From sequence record KP869112: a stretch of DNA of 64,000 nt; one strand, written 5' to 3'. Below are positions 28,029-38,100 of the stretch, piece after piece. The position numbers and the translations under genes were made by a program. Under the pieces are notes generated by a model. It had not been told where the DNA came from and did not search any database. It was given only the letters and a program-made list of their open reading frames with translations. The first letter of the stretch is position 1; every line of letters starts with the position of its first letter. The stretch comes from Escherichia coli O157 typing phage 14.

Positions 28029-29011
28029 TGCTAAAACTGTGCACTGCAAAGATCATTGCTGACAGCATTTCCGAGAAAGGTAAGCGTATCACCACTTTTG
28101 AACTAGAGTATCCTCGAATTATTCACTCAGAGCTTATGACGCACCGAGTATTCAGCCGAAACGCCATGTCTTCCCGTGCAGTGCCTGTCGGCAAGATGCT
28201 GCAGCAGATTGTGGAGAATCCGGCAATGCCAGTTCGCTTCGGTGTAAATAAGCGAGGGATGGAAGATGGTGGGGAACACGATCAAAAGATCCGTGTAGAG
28301 TACACTGACATGGAGCTAACCCCTGAAGAGTTTTGGAAAGAAGCTGCAAAAAACGCCGCTTGGCATGCAGAGAAGTTCGCCCTTGCTGGTTACCATAAAC
28401 AAGTATGTAACCGCTTAGTGGAGCCGTTTCAGCGCATGAAAACAGTTGTAACAAGCACAGAGTGGAATAATTTTTTCCATCTCCGTTGCTGGCACGATGC
28501 GGATCCTACGATTCAGATGTTGGCTAATTGTATGTGGGAAGCTCTTGTGAATAGCACTCCTGAAATCCTTAAACCAGGTCAATGGCACACTCCATATGTA
28601 GAGCACGTTTATTTGGACGGAGAGTTTAACTACGCTGTACGTGACACAGAAGGAAAGCTCTGCATTCTTGATACTAAAGAAGCTCTGTCTATTAGTGCTA
28701 GTTGCTGTGCACAAGTATCTTATCGAAATATTGACAGCACGTTTGAAAAGGCAGACAGTGTGGCTAAAAAATTGATTGGTGGGGATCGTATTCATGCAAG
28801 CCCTTACGAACACCAGGCAACACCTATGGATCATGATAACGCAATGGAACGTTTAAACTACTACCTGTCTTCATGTGAAATCACACAAGACATTAGTACT
28901 TGGCAGGAAGGTGTAACCCATCAAGACCGTGATGGTAAATTCTGGTCTGCCAACTTTTGTGGGTGGGTTCAGCACAGACAACTGCTTAATAACCACTTCG
29001 TGAAAGGTTAA
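28028..29011 (+). CDS. thyX: ThyX-like flavin-dependent thymidylate synthase (putative)
   Basis: ELMTHRVFSRNAMSSRA resembles the ThyX RHRx7S motif, with T in place of the first R. Confidence 0.45.
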   Translation: MLKLCTAKIIADSISEKGKRITTFELEYPRIIHSELMTHRVFSRNAMSSRAVPVGKMLQQIVENPAMPVRFGVNKRGMEDGGEHDQKIRVEYTDMELTPEEFWKEAAKNAAWHAEKFALAGYHKQVCNRLVEPFQRMKTVVTSTEWNNFFHLRCWHDADPTIQMLANCMWEALVNSTPEILKPGQWHTPYVEHVYLDGEFNYAVRDTEGKLCILDTKEALSISASCCAQVSYRNIDSTFEKADSVAKKLIGGDRIHASPYEHQATPMDHDNAMERLNYYLSSCEITQDISTWQEGVTHQDRDGKFWSANFCGWVQHRQLLNNHFVKG

Positions 29012-29040
29012 TCCTATCACAGCGATAGGTAACTTTTGTG

Positions 29041-29069
29041 TTGACTAATAGTATCAGATAATCTATAAT
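29041..29069 (+). promoter_or_regulatory. sigma70-like promoter
   Basis: TTGACT, 17-nt spacer, TATAAT. Confidence 0.55.
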
Positions 29070-29109
29070 AATGGCTCACTTTGTTGGTGAGCCAGAAATG
29101 GAGACAGAT

Positions 29110-29571
29110 ATGAGTAATGTTATGATTCCTAAAAAGACATTTATTTCAGTTACTTTAGATTTCCTAGCTACCGTCCCTGGGTTTAACGTTCGCACACGAA
29201 ACGGTCTCCGAGCTGCACTCTTCGCCGTAGGGTTTGATTTAAAAAATATTGATGTTCTTCGTGGAAAAAACGTTAGATGCAAAAATAAGCCAACCCATTA
29301 TCGAAAGGCAGATGTATTTGCTGGTGTCATGCGTGCAGACTTTAGATACCCACAAATGTATAACGGTGTAGATATTTTAGATGTAGATAAAGCACCTGGT
29401 GAGGCAATGCTTGTTCAAGATCTTCCGTATGATATCCCTGTAGAGGATCGTGTTAATGTAAGAAAGTATACAAAACAATCTGAAAAGGCTGAAGATATTC
29501 ATATTGTTGATGAACCTTTCAATTTTGAAGATCTGCATCGCCTAGAAAAATTATTCGGTATTGAAAGCTAA
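29110..29571 (+). CDS. hypothetical protein
   Basis: Start moved to ATG 29110 (GGAG 7 nt upstream) because the longer ORF begins inside the promoter -10 region. Confidence 0.4.
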   Translation: MSNVMIPKKTFISVTLDFLATVPGFNVRTRNGLRAALFAVGFDLKNIDVLRGKNVRCKNKPTHYRKADVFAGVMRADFRYPQMYNGVDILDVDKAPGEAMLVQDLPYDIPVEDRVNVRKYTKQSEKAEDIHIVDEPFNFEDLHRLEKLFGIES

Positions 29572-29812
29572 GGTGGTGAAGATGAGTCATAACTCCAAGT
29601 GGAAGGATCTTGGTTTTGCAAGTCGGGCAGAATATGTTGGCTGGCTTTGGTTCAACGGCCTGACAAACGATATTAAAATGTATGATGATGTTTATTATGA
29701 CGAGTATACAGGTAAAATTATAAATATCTCTGTAGAAGAGGATACCTTTGTCCAGCAAGATACTGATACCTGCCTTGATAAATACGTTAATGAAGTGGAG
29801 GAAGCAAATTGA
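29561..29812 (+). CDS. hypothetical protein
   Basis: 83-aa ORF; no motif recognised. Confidence 0.35.
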   Translation: MKAKVVKMSHNSKWKDLGFASRAEYVGWLWFNGLTNDIKMYDDVYYDEYTGKIINISVEEDTFVQQDTDTCLDKYVNEVEEAN

Positions 29813-32124
29813 TCACCAAGGTAATTAAAAGCAACGGATGTGAAGTGGCATTCGATCCAGAACGTTTAAATAAGGCAGCTATTTTCGGTGACGACGGTAA
29901 CGGCAATTGGTCACACATTGCACTGGATGCATACAAACGACTGTATGATGGATGTACAACCAAAGAAGTTAACCAAGCTATCATAGACTCCTGTGTTAGC
30001 CGTAAAGACGAAGCACATTCCCGTATGGCTGGTCGTGTTCTTATTGGTCAGATTTATAAAGAGGCTTTTGGAGGGTTTACAAAGATCCCTTCCTTACCAT
30101 CCTTTTACAACGACATGGTTGAGAAAGGGTATTGGGAGGATATGGGTTATAGCTTTACCGAGTTAAACACTTTAGGCACGGTTATTGATCACAGTAAAGA
30201 TCTCGGTTATGGCTATGCAGTCCTTAAACAGTTTCGCGACAAATACGGGATCAAGGATACTCTTAAAGACACCTTGTTTGAATCTCCCCAGATGATGTTT
30301 ATGGGGATAGCAATGGCTGTCATGAAGAATATGCCGAAAGAACGTCGTATCAACGATGTTGTAAAATTATACACTTATCTGTCCGACTTAAAGATCAATG
30401 CCCCGACACCGTACTTAAACGGGCTGCGTACAGGTAAGACAGGGTATGCATCTTGTTGTGTAATAAAAGCTGATGATACAGCAAAATCTATTGGTGTGGC
30501 ACGTGAAGTTGCGTACACAATGACGGTTAACCAAGCAGGTATCGGCTACTATTTATCATCAAGATCTGCAGGCGATGGTGTTCGTGGTAACACTATTAAA
30601 CACATGGGTAAGATTCCATATTATCGAGGTATTGATGCTGGGGTTAAGGAGAACAGACAACAATCACGTGGCGGTTCTGCAACAGTATCATTCCTTGCAC
30701 TAGACCCGCAGATTGATGAGCTAATCCGTTTGAGAAACCCTATGACTGTTGCTTCAAAAAGAATCAACACCATGGACTACTCTATAGGTATTAATAGGTC
30801 GTTTATCAACCGTGTGGCTAAGAATTTAGATTGGATGCTTGTTTCTTATAAGCACGCGCCTCAACTGCATGAAGGTATCTTCACCATGTCTATGGAGGAG
30901 TTTGATGCAGAGGTTGATCGTATCGCTAAAGATGACAGTATTCCTAAAACATGGATCCGAGCTAGAGATCTTGCTGTTGAGCTGATCACGCAGCGTACCG
31001 AGGTGGGAAGACTGTACGTATACTGGACAGATGAGATGAATAGACATACACCTTTTAAAGATGTGATCTATTCAAGTAACCTGTGTGCAGAAATAGCCCT
31101 CCCGACAAAAGGCTATTCAGATATGCGTAATATCTTCAAGTACGATGTTGATGATGGTGAGGTTGCATTGTGCTTCCTGTCATCCCTTGTAGCTGGAAGG
31201 GTTACCCCAGAGGAGTATGAGGATGTTGCATACTACACGGTGCTTATGATTGACAATGTTATGGAAATCATGACATATCCGTATGAAAATATGGAGAGTA
31301 CTGTTAAAAAACGCAGATCCATCGGGGTTGGCCTTACCAATGTTGCACATTTTATTGCCAGCCACAAGGTTACTTACGGATCTCCTGAAAGTAAACAGCT
31401 TGTTCACGATCTTGCAGAACTTCACAGCTACAGCTTGCATAAGGCAAGTTTACGGTTGGCAAAAGAGCGTGGTGTCTGCGAGTGGATGCATAAGACAAAA
31501 TATCCAGAAGGTTGGTTACCAATCGACACCTATAACAAAGAGGTCGATAGCGTGGTGAAAGATCCTTCTCTTAAACAGGATTGGGAAGGGTTACGTAAAG
31601 AAATCATTGAAAATGGTGGGCTACGTAATAGCGTTCTTGAAGCATATATGCCTAATGAAAGCTCTTCGCTGGCAACAAACACCACTAACGGGGTCTATCC
31701 TGTCCGTGAGCACATTATCTTTAAAAAGTCGCCACAAGGGCAGGTGCTGTTTATCGTTCCTGACTATGATGAGTTGAAAGAGTATTACACTTCGGCTTGG
31801 GACGTTGATACTAACGACATGATCGATATGTATGCTGTGATTCAAAAATTCACAGGTCAGGCAATCAGCGCGGATTTGTACATAGACTACACCAAGTTGA
31901 AAGATGGTAAAATTTCAATGAAGGAGCAGCTAGGGTACCTTATCCGTGCCACTAAATTCGGGATGAAGACATGGTATTATTTAAACTCTAGGGTTGGTGC
32001 TGGTGACTCCTTGGCAGAGGAACTTCATGCCAAGAAACAGGCTGAAGATGAAACCAGAAAGAACTATCCTTTGATTGCAGATAGTTCAGTTGAAGATCCG
32101 TATTGCGAAAGCTGTGCACTATAA
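29809..32124 (+). CDS. nrdA: ribonucleoside-diphosphate reductase alpha subunit
   Basis: 771 aa; class I RNR active-site motif SNLCAEIALP, C-terminal Cys pair (YCESCAL); TTG start after GGAGGAAG. Confidence 0.85.
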   Translation: MITKVIKSNGCEVAFDPERLNKAAIFGDDGNGNWSHIALDAYKRLYDGCTTKEVNQAIIDSCVSRKDEAHSRMAGRVLIGQIYKEAFGGFTKIPSLPSFYNDMVEKGYWEDMGYSFTELNTLGTVIDHSKDLGYGYAVLKQFRDKYGIKDTLKDTLFESPQMMFMGIAMAVMKNMPKERRINDVVKLYTYLSDLKINAPTPYLNGLRTGKTGYASCCVIKADDTAKSIGVAREVAYTMTVNQAGIGYYLSSRSAGDGVRGNTIKHMGKIPYYRGIDAGVKENRQQSRGGSATVSFLALDPQIDELIRLRNPMTVASKRINTMDYSIGINRSFINRVAKNLDWMLVSYKHAPQLHEGIFTMSMEEFDAEVDRIAKDDSIPKTWIRARDLAVELITQRTEVGRLYVYWTDEMNRHTPFKDVIYSSNLCAEIALPTKGYSDMRNIFKYDVDDGEVALCFLSSLVAGRVTPEEYEDVAYYTVLMIDNVMEIMTYPYENMESTVKKRRSIGVGLTNVAHFIASHKVTYGSPESKQLVHDLAELHSYSLHKASLRLAKERGVCEWMHKTKYPEGWLPIDTYNKEVDSVVKDPSLKQDWEGLRKEIIENGGLRNSVLEAYMPNESSSLATNTTNGVYPVREHIIFKKSPQGQVLFIVPDYDELKEYYTSAWDVDTNDMIDMYAVIQKFTGQAISADLYIDYTKLKDGKISMKEQLGYLIRATKFGMKTWYYLNSRVGAGDSLAEELHAKKQAEDETRKNYPLIADSSVEDPYCESCAL

Positions 32125-32131
32125 TTTTAAA

Positions 32132-32150
32132 GGGGCTTCGGCCCCATTTT
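32132..32150 (+). terminator. intercistronic hairpin (possible terminator/attenuator)
   Basis: GGGGC-ttcg-GCCCC followed by ATTTT, between nrdA and nrdB. Confidence 0.4.
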
Positions 32151-32162
32151 AGAGGTAGAATA

Positions 32163-33251
32163 ATGGCTGTATTTAATGCTGAGAACACCGCTCATAAAAC
32201 TGGTGACTATCCGCTGTTTCTGGGACAGCAAATGGGTATGTACGACTCTATCAACAAAAAATATCCACAACTGTTCGAACTGTACAAAAAACAAAAAGAA
32301 CAAGACTGGGCAGAGGATGAAGTGGATTTGTCGCAATCTATTTCAGATTTTGTAACATGCTCAAAGTCAACTTATGACGTGATGGTGCAGACCTTGATGT
32401 GGCAATGGGAGGCTGATAGCGTTGCGGCAAGATCAATCATCTGCCTCTTTTCACCATTCATCACTAATAGTGAGCTTTTCACTCTATTGATGAAACAGTC
32501 AGAGATTGAAGTTCTTCACGCACTAACTTACTCAGAGATTGTTAGACAATGCCTCCCCAATGCCCGTGAGATTATAGAAGAGATTCAGGAAAACCAAAAC
32601 GTTCTGAGCAGATCTGGCGTTATTGTAAAATACATGCAAGAGCTTGAGATTATTGGTGCAAAATACCGACTGGATCCTTCTAGTGTTGAAGAAGATATTG
32701 TGCGGAAATGCATTCTTAGAGCGCTTTTTGCACTTTTAGCCCTGGAAAGTATTGAGTTTATTGCAAGTTTTGCATGCACTTTCGCAGTAGCTGAACAGGG
32801 TATTTTTGTTCAGGTGGCGCAGCTTGTTCAAAAAATCATGCTTGACGAAATGCTACACTCGAAAGGTGATTTTGCCATCATTGATATCCTGCTTAATGAT
32901 CCAGCATGGGAGAAAAGCTTCCTTGAGATAAAAGGGGAGTTAAAAGAGATTCTTGATGAAGTACGAACCAAAGAGTACGGTTGGAGTGACTATATTTTCA
33001 GCGAAGGAAGAGCGATTATAGGTCTTAACTCACCGTTGCTTAAAGAATGGGTTGACTATAACTGCTCACCGATTTATGATTACTACGGCATCGACAAAGA
33101 CTTTGTGCCGCCAACAAAGGACCCTCTACCGTTTATGCAGGTGTGGATGAAACCTTCATTGCAACAGACGGCGAACCAAGAAATGTCGAACACTGACTAC
33201 CGCGTCAACACAACTGTTAATGACGCTGAAGAAGAAATTTGGGAGTTTTAA
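32163..33251 (+). CDS. nrdB: ribonucleoside-diphosphate reductase beta subunit
   Basis: Follows nrdA; start set at ATG 32163 downstream of the hairpin rather than the overlapping 32103 start; ferritin-like features and C-terminal EEIWEF tail. Confidence 0.7.
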   Translation: MAVFNAENTAHKTGDYPLFLGQQMGMYDSINKKYPQLFELYKKQKEQDWAEDEVDLSQSISDFVTCSKSTYDVMVQTLMWQWEADSVAARSIICLFSPFITNSELFTLLMKQSEIEVLHALTYSEIVRQCLPNAREIIEEIQENQNVLSRSGVIVKYMQELEIIGAKYRLDPSSVEEDIVRKCILRALFALLALESIEFIASFACTFAVAEQGIFVQVAQLVQKIMLDEMLHSKGDFAIIDILLNDPAWEKSFLEIKGELKEILDEVRTKEYGWSDYIFSEGRAIIGLNSPLLKEWVDYNCSPIYDYYGIDKDFVPPTKDPLPFMQVWMKPSLQQTANQEMSNTDYRVNTTVNDAEEEIWEF

Positions 33252-33254
33252 TAC

Positions 33255-33533
33255 ATGAGCTGTGAAAAATCTTTTTTCTTTATTATTTACGGTAAAGATA
33301 ACTGCCCACATTGTGTAAGAGCAAAAGAATTTGCAGTCAGTAAGGGTCTGCCTTTTGTATATAAGACACTTGGCGAGGGTTACACAAAAGAAGAGCTTAT
33401 TGAGAAGTGCAGTCCAATCGTACCCAGAACGTTGCCGCAGATCTTCTTAGAAAGTAATCTTGAAAGTGTCCATATAGGCGGTGCCGACGATTTCATCTCT
33501 TTTGTTAAGAATGGTTTTGGAGAGAAAAAGTGA
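33255..33533 (+). CDS. glutaredoxin-like protein (NrdH/Grx)
   Basis: CPHC active-site motif near the N-terminus; sits between nrdB and nrdD. Confidence 0.7.
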   Translation: MSCEKSFFFIIYGKDNCPHCVRAKEFAVSKGLPFVYKTLGEGYTKEELIEKCSPIVPRTLPQIFLESNLESVHIGGADDFISFVKNGFGEKK

Positions 33534-35653
33534 AAGTTGTAAAACGGGACGGTAGAGAAGAGGTCTATAACGGAATTAAGGTGATCAAGGCGGCAGAGTC
33601 CGCCTTACTTGAGTCTGGACATACTGAAGAAGAAGCTTACCGGATCGCCTGCGCGGTTAATGAAGTTGTTGCTAACAATCTACCAACCGACCAGTGCACG
33701 ATCTCTGTAAAAAATATCCATATCCTTGTTGAAGACGCTCTTATGGATATGGGTTTAAAATGTGCAGCCAGAGAATACATCCAGTATAGGCAGACAAGAG
33801 ATAATAACAGAGAGGCAGGTGGAAAACTGCTTGCAGATATTAGTGGCTTCTTGGATCGCACTTGTGATGAATTTACAAAAGAAAACGCAAATAAGCCTAC
33901 CAATCATGTACACACTCATCGTGACCTGCTTGCAGGCATCCTTAGCAAACACCTTGCATCAACACAGATCCTGCCAGACCGTGTCTCAGAAGAGCACAAT
34001 AGAGGCTTCATCCATGTGCATGATCTTGACTACTTGATCAGTCCGTTAACAAACTGTTGTTTGGTAAATTATCCAGATATGTTGGAAAACGGATTCAACA
34101 TTGGTAACGCCCATGTCAGTAAGCCTAAGTCAATAGGGGTTGCAACAACAATCCTTAGCCAAATCTCTAGTGCAGTAGCTAGTGCTCAATATGGGGGTCA
34201 GACTATGAGCCATATTGATCATTATCTGGCACAGTATGCTGAAGCGACCTATGAGAAGAACCTTAAATTTTGCCAGGAACATTGGTTGCCAGATGCTGAG
34301 ACTGTTGCAATGCAAATGACAGATAAAGACGTATTTGACAGCATGCAGACTTTGCTCTATCAAATCAATACGTTAACTTCTGTCAACGGGCAAACTCCAT
34401 TCATCACATTAAGTTTAGGACTGGATACCTCGGTCTTTGGTAGAATGATTACCAAAAATTACTTGAAAGTCCACAAAATGGGTCTTGGTGAAGAACGTAT
34501 CACACCTGTGTTCCCTAAAGTGCTATTCTTCCTAGAAGAGGGTGTCAACATGAACCCTGGAGATCCTAACTATGATTTGAAACGATTAGCTCTGGAATGC
34601 TCTGCAGAGCGGATTTATCCTGACTTTGTTTCTGTTCCACTAAATCGTAAAGTGACAGGCTCGACAGATGGTAAAGTAACGAGCATGGGTTGCCGGAGTT
34701 TTCTTAGCAAATATAATGACTTGGAAACAGGCGAGGAGAAATACCTTGGCAGATTTAACTTAGGCGTTGTTAGCCTTAACCTACCAATGATTGCGGCAAA
34801 AGCTAAAACGGAAGGTGTTGATTTCTTTGCAGTTCTTGACGAATACCTGGATCTTGCATACGAGGCTCACCTTGTAAGGGTTAACCGTCTAAAAGGAACA
34901 AAGGCAGGGCAGAACCCTATCATGTGGTGTGAAGGCGCTCTTGCTCGCCTGGATCCTGAAGAGAGTATTGATAAACTCTTCTATGACGGGTACGCTTCCA
35001 TCAGTATTGGGTATATTGGTGTGTATGAAACCTGTCAGATTTTGGGCAGGGAGGGTGACAAGGCTTTAGCTCTTGGAATACTTCAGCACATGAGAGATGC
35101 TTGTGAGCGATACAAGAAGGAAAGTAGACTAGCGTTTAGCTTGTACGGCACCCCTTCTGAGAGTCTATGCTATAAAGCTGCAACCTGTCTGGATCGTGAA
35201 TATCCCGAAGTGTTGAAGCACGAGCATGAATATCTCACCAACAGTTTCCATCAGCCAGTATGGATCAATAGCTCTCCTTTTGATAAGTGGGAGTATGAGG
35301 AAGGTTTTGCTATGATCTCCTCTGGTGGCAACATCGGATATGTAGAGACACCAAATCTGAAAAACAACTTAGATGCTTTAGAGGCTCTTGTTGACTTCGG
35401 GTATAAACACATTATGTATTTTGGTATTAACCAACCTGTGGATAAATGTCTCAAGTGTGGTTTCTCTGGTGAGTTTAGTGCAACAGCTAAAGGCTTTGTA
35501 TGCCCAGAGTGTGGAAACCATGAAGAGGGAACGATCAGTGTAATTCGACGTGTGTCTGGATACCTTTCCAGTCCTAACTCCCGTCCTTATAATAAAGGTA
35601 AGCAAGCGGAAGTTATCGAGCGAGTTAAGCACTATGGAAGTTGTAGTTGCTGA
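33530..35653 (+). CDS. nrdD: anaerobic ribonucleoside-triphosphate reductase
   Basis: 707 aa; C-terminal glycyl-radical motif RRVSGYL and Zn site CLKCG...CPECG; GTG start overlapping the upstream stop. Confidence 0.85.
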   Translation: MKVVKRDGREEVYNGIKVIKAAESALLESGHTEEEAYRIACAVNEVVANNLPTDQCTISVKNIHILVEDALMDMGLKCAAREYIQYRQTRDNNREAGGKLLADISGFLDRTCDEFTKENANKPTNHVHTHRDLLAGILSKHLASTQILPDRVSEEHNRGFIHVHDLDYLISPLTNCCLVNYPDMLENGFNIGNAHVSKPKSIGVATTILSQISSAVASAQYGGQTMSHIDHYLAQYAEATYEKNLKFCQEHWLPDAETVAMQMTDKDVFDSMQTLLYQINTLTSVNGQTPFITLSLGLDTSVFGRMITKNYLKVHKMGLGEERITPVFPKVLFFLEEGVNMNPGDPNYDLKRLALECSAERIYPDFVSVPLNRKVTGSTDGKVTSMGCRSFLSKYNDLETGEEKYLGRFNLGVVSLNLPMIAAKAKTEGVDFFAVLDEYLDLAYEAHLVRVNRLKGTKAGQNPIMWCEGALARLDPEESIDKLFYDGYASISIGYIGVYETCQILGREGDKALALGILQHMRDACERYKKESRLAFSLYGTPSESLCYKAATCLDREYPEVLKHEHEYLTNSFHQPVWINSSPFDKWEYEEGFAMISSGGNIGYVETPNLKNNLDALEALVDFGYKHIMYFGINQPVDKCLKCGFSGEFSATAKGFVCPECGNHEEGTISVIRRVSGYLSSPNSRPYNKGKQAEVIERVKHYGSCSC

Positions 35654-35719
35654 TACTTGACAAAAGCCACAAGGATGTGGCACCCTTAGTTCAAAGACGA
35701 GAACTAAGAGGATTCAGCA

Positions 35720-36880
35720 GTGAGAAAACTTACAACCGAAGATTTTATAGAGGGGGCGAAAGCAGTTCATGGTGATAAATATGATTATTCCAAAGTCAAA
35801 TATGTGGGTGCACACACCAAGGTTGTAATTATATGCCCTGAGCATGGAGAATTTAAGAAAACTCTTGGAGATCACCTCCGTAAAAAACAGGGTTGCCCAA
35901 AATGTCAGATTGAAGCAGAAAGAGCGGCTTCTGCTGAAAAATTTAAAGCGGAGGCCGAGGCTAAGTATAATTATAAATATGATTACTCTAAGGTAGAGTA
36001 TGTAAATGCTAAAACTAAAGTTGTGATTGTTTGTCCTGTTCACGGCGAGTTTGAGCAAAAGCCTTATAACCATCTCCGCGAGGGGGGTTGCCGTAAGTGT
36101 GGAGGGACTGAGAGAAAGACTACTGAAGAGTGGATCGCTGAGGCAAAAGCGCTTCATGGCGATAAGTATGATTACTCTCTTGTAAATTATAAAACCTGTA
36201 ATGATAAAGTGGAGATAATCTGTAATACATGTGGTGCTCACTTCCCACAAAGACCTCATGACCATGCACCAAGTGGAAACGGTTGCCCCGAGTGCGGGAA
36301 GAAGAAGGTGGCCGAGGTTAGTAGGAAGACGCAGAGAAAGAAAGCATCTGAGGTAGCTAAAAGGTTTGAGGCAAGAGCCAGAGCTATCCATAAAGATAAA
36401 TACGATTATTCCAGGGTGGAATATGTTAATAGGGAGACAGAGGTCACTATCATCTGTCCGATTCACGGGGAGTTCACACAAAAACCGTTTGTCCACATCA
36501 ACCAAAAAGCTGGCTGTCAAAAATGTGCTAAAGTCGGCTTCTTATCTCATGAACATGGTAGCCTTTATATCATGGTTGACGATCTGGAAGTACCAACTAT
36601 GATGAAAATTGGTGTGAGTGTCCGGGTAGATGAACGAAGAAAAGATGTGTTAAAAAGAGCTAAAAAAGCTGGTGCTAGATTCTCTGATCTACATGTTATA
36701 AAAACTTGGGAAGGAACAACAGACGACATGCAAACTTTAGAAAAAGCTATGCACCAAGCCTTGAGCCAATACAAAATCAACTTCACAGAGAAGTTTGATG
36801 GCTGTCGAGAGTTCTTCTACTACAGACCGGAGGTATTCGAGCTAGTAGAAGAACATTTGAAGAAATTTGCTAATAAATAA
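35720..36880 (+). CDS. T5orf172 (GIY-YIG-like) domain protein with four tandem zinc-binding modules; candidate free-standing homing endonuclease
   Basis: Four repeats of HGDKYDYS.V.YV....KV.I.CP.HGEF...P..H....GC.KC, then a C-terminal SLYIMVDD...KIGVSVRVDERR region fitting the T5orf172 pattern; inserted between nrdD and nrdG. Confidence 0.55.
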   Translation: MRKLTTEDFIEGAKAVHGDKYDYSKVKYVGAHTKVVIICPEHGEFKKTLGDHLRKKQGCPKCQIEAERAASAEKFKAEAEAKYNYKYDYSKVEYVNAKTKVVIVCPVHGEFEQKPYNHLREGGCRKCGGTERKTTEEWIAEAKALHGDKYDYSLVNYKTCNDKVEIICNTCGAHFPQRPHDHAPSGNGCPECGKKKVAEVSRKTQRKKASEVAKRFEARARAIHKDKYDYSRVEYVNRETEVTIICPIHGEFTQKPFVHINQKAGCQKCAKVGFLSHEHGSLYIMVDDLEVPTMMKIGVSVRVDERRKDVLKRAKKAGARFSDLHVIKTWEGTTDDMQTLEKAMHQALSQYKINFTEKFDGCREFFYYRPEVFELVEEHLKKFANK

Positions 36881-36941
36881 TAACACACAAAGGGCCAGCT
36901 TTATTCTAGCCCTTCAGTCCGTTGTAAATTAAGGAGTTGTT

Positions 36942-37067
36942 ATGTCATCTGGTGGCTTTAAAGTAAAAATTTGTAAACACTGCGGTTGTAAGTGCAACCT
37001 TCGTTGGTGCAAGTCACTAGACGATTTTATTTGGCATTGCCCTAAATGTGATGCGGAGTATCTATGA
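36942..37067 (+). CDS. small Cys-rich zinc-ribbon protein (41 aa)
   Basis: AAGGAG SD 6 nt upstream of ATG; CKHCGCKC...CPKCD; stop overlaps the nrdG start (ATGA). Below the 60-aa ORF-track cutoff. Confidence 0.45.
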   Translation: MSSGGFKVKICKHCGCKCNLRWCKSLDDFIWHCPKCDAEYL

Positions 37068-37537
37068 ACATTGTCGGATACACAGAAATATCTTACACCG
37101 AAGGGCCAGGTATTAGAACTGCCTTGTGGGTATCTGGGTGCCCACACGCTTGCCCTGGTTGCTTTAATCAGGCATTTTGGTCAAAAGATAAGGGGAGGGA
37201 GTTCACTGAAGAAGATTTGCAAAAAATCTTGTCAGATTTAGATAACCCGTCTGTGTGCGGTATCTCTCTGCTGGGTGGAGAACCCTTAGCCTACTATAAT
37301 GAGCCAGATATTATTAGCCTGATGGAGAAAATTAAGGAAAAATTTGGTGACAAGAAAACTATTCTTGTATATACTGGGTTCACATTTGATCATATCTCTA
37401 GTGATGTTCTTAAACTGGCTGATATCATCATTGACGGTAAGTATGTAAAAGATTTACCAACCAAGAAACCGTTCCGAGGTAGCGATAACCAAAGAATGTT
37501 TAAAAAAGTAGCAGGCGGTTGGGTTCAGGTAGACTAG
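37064..37537 (+). CDS. nrdG: anaerobic ribonucleotide reductase activating protein (radical SAM)
   Basis: CPHACPGC (Cx3Cx2C) radical-SAM cluster motif. Confidence 0.8.
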   Translation: MNIVGYTEISYTEGPGIRTALWVSGCPHACPGCFNQAFWSKDKGREFTEEDLQKILSDLDNPSVCGISLLGGEPLAYYNEPDIISLMEKIKEKFGDKKTILVYTGFTFDHISSDVLKLADIIIDGKYVKDLPTKKPFRGSDNQRMFKKVAGGWVQVD

Positions 37538-37540
37538 TTG

Positions 37541-37570
37541 TTGACAAAGCTTTGTTTAGATAGGTATAAT
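37541..37570 (+). promoter_or_regulatory. sigma70-like promoter
   Basis: TTGACA, 18-nt spacer, TATAAT, upstream of the small basic ORF. Confidence 0.55.
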
Positions 37571-37601
37571 TATCGTAAAATGAAAGCAGAGGAGGTGCCA
37601 A

Positions 37602-37715
37602 ATGGCTAAAAAAGCCTTGAAGAAGGCGTACAAAAAAGAGATTGCGCTTGAGCTTAAGAAAAAACACAAGCGTGAAAAGAAATATCATGAGGATGAAGAG
37701 GGGGTGCAACAGTGA
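37602..37715 (+). CDS. small Lys-rich protein (37 aa)
   Basis: AGGAGG SD then ATG; MAKKALKKAYKKEIALELKKKHKREKKYHEDEEGVQQ; below ORF-track cutoff. Confidence 0.4.
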   Translation: MAKKALKKAYKKEIALELKKKHKREKKYHEDEEGVQQ

Positions 37716-38062
37716 CACAAGAACGTATCGATTTGGCTAATAAGTTTGTAGATCTCATTTTGCCACGGTTAGTTACTCAACATGCAGACGCTATTTCTAC
37801 TAATCTTGATGGCTTACGCCTAATGCTGAATCGCACAGATGATCCTCGTATTCGAGCTGATTTAGAAGCCTCTGCCAACAAACTGGAAAAGTTCTTGCAA
37901 GTAGATACGCAAGAAGCCTTACACAAGATTATGGTGGAAGGTTTCTCTAAAGAATTTACCATTAAAGAGCTTAAGGAGCTGATCCACCAAGAAGAGATGA
38001 ATATCCGAGTTCAGGCTGTTGCAAGCAGCATGGAAGCGGCTATTGAAAAACTGTTGCAGTAA
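37712..38062 (+). CDS. hypothetical protein
   Basis: 116-aa ORF with GTG start overlapping the preceding small ORF. Confidence 0.4.
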   Translation: MTQERIDLANKFVDLILPRLVTQHADAISTNLDGLRLMLNRTDDPRIRADLEASANKLEKFLQVDTQEALHKIMVEGFSKEFTIKELKELIHQEEMNIRVQAVASSMEAAIEKLLQ

Positions 38063-38100
38063 AAGTACTTGGCACATCTCAATCTGAAAGGAGTCCCAAC

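Noticed and set aside
32103-32162. Upstream start for nrdB
   Set aside because: Overlaps the nrdA 3' end and the intercistronic hairpin; ATG at 32163 is better placed.
35714-36520. 268-aa minus-strand ORF
   Set aside because: Antisense to the T5orf172 gene, low-complexity hydrophobic translation, no SD; the sense ORF has clear repeated domain structure.
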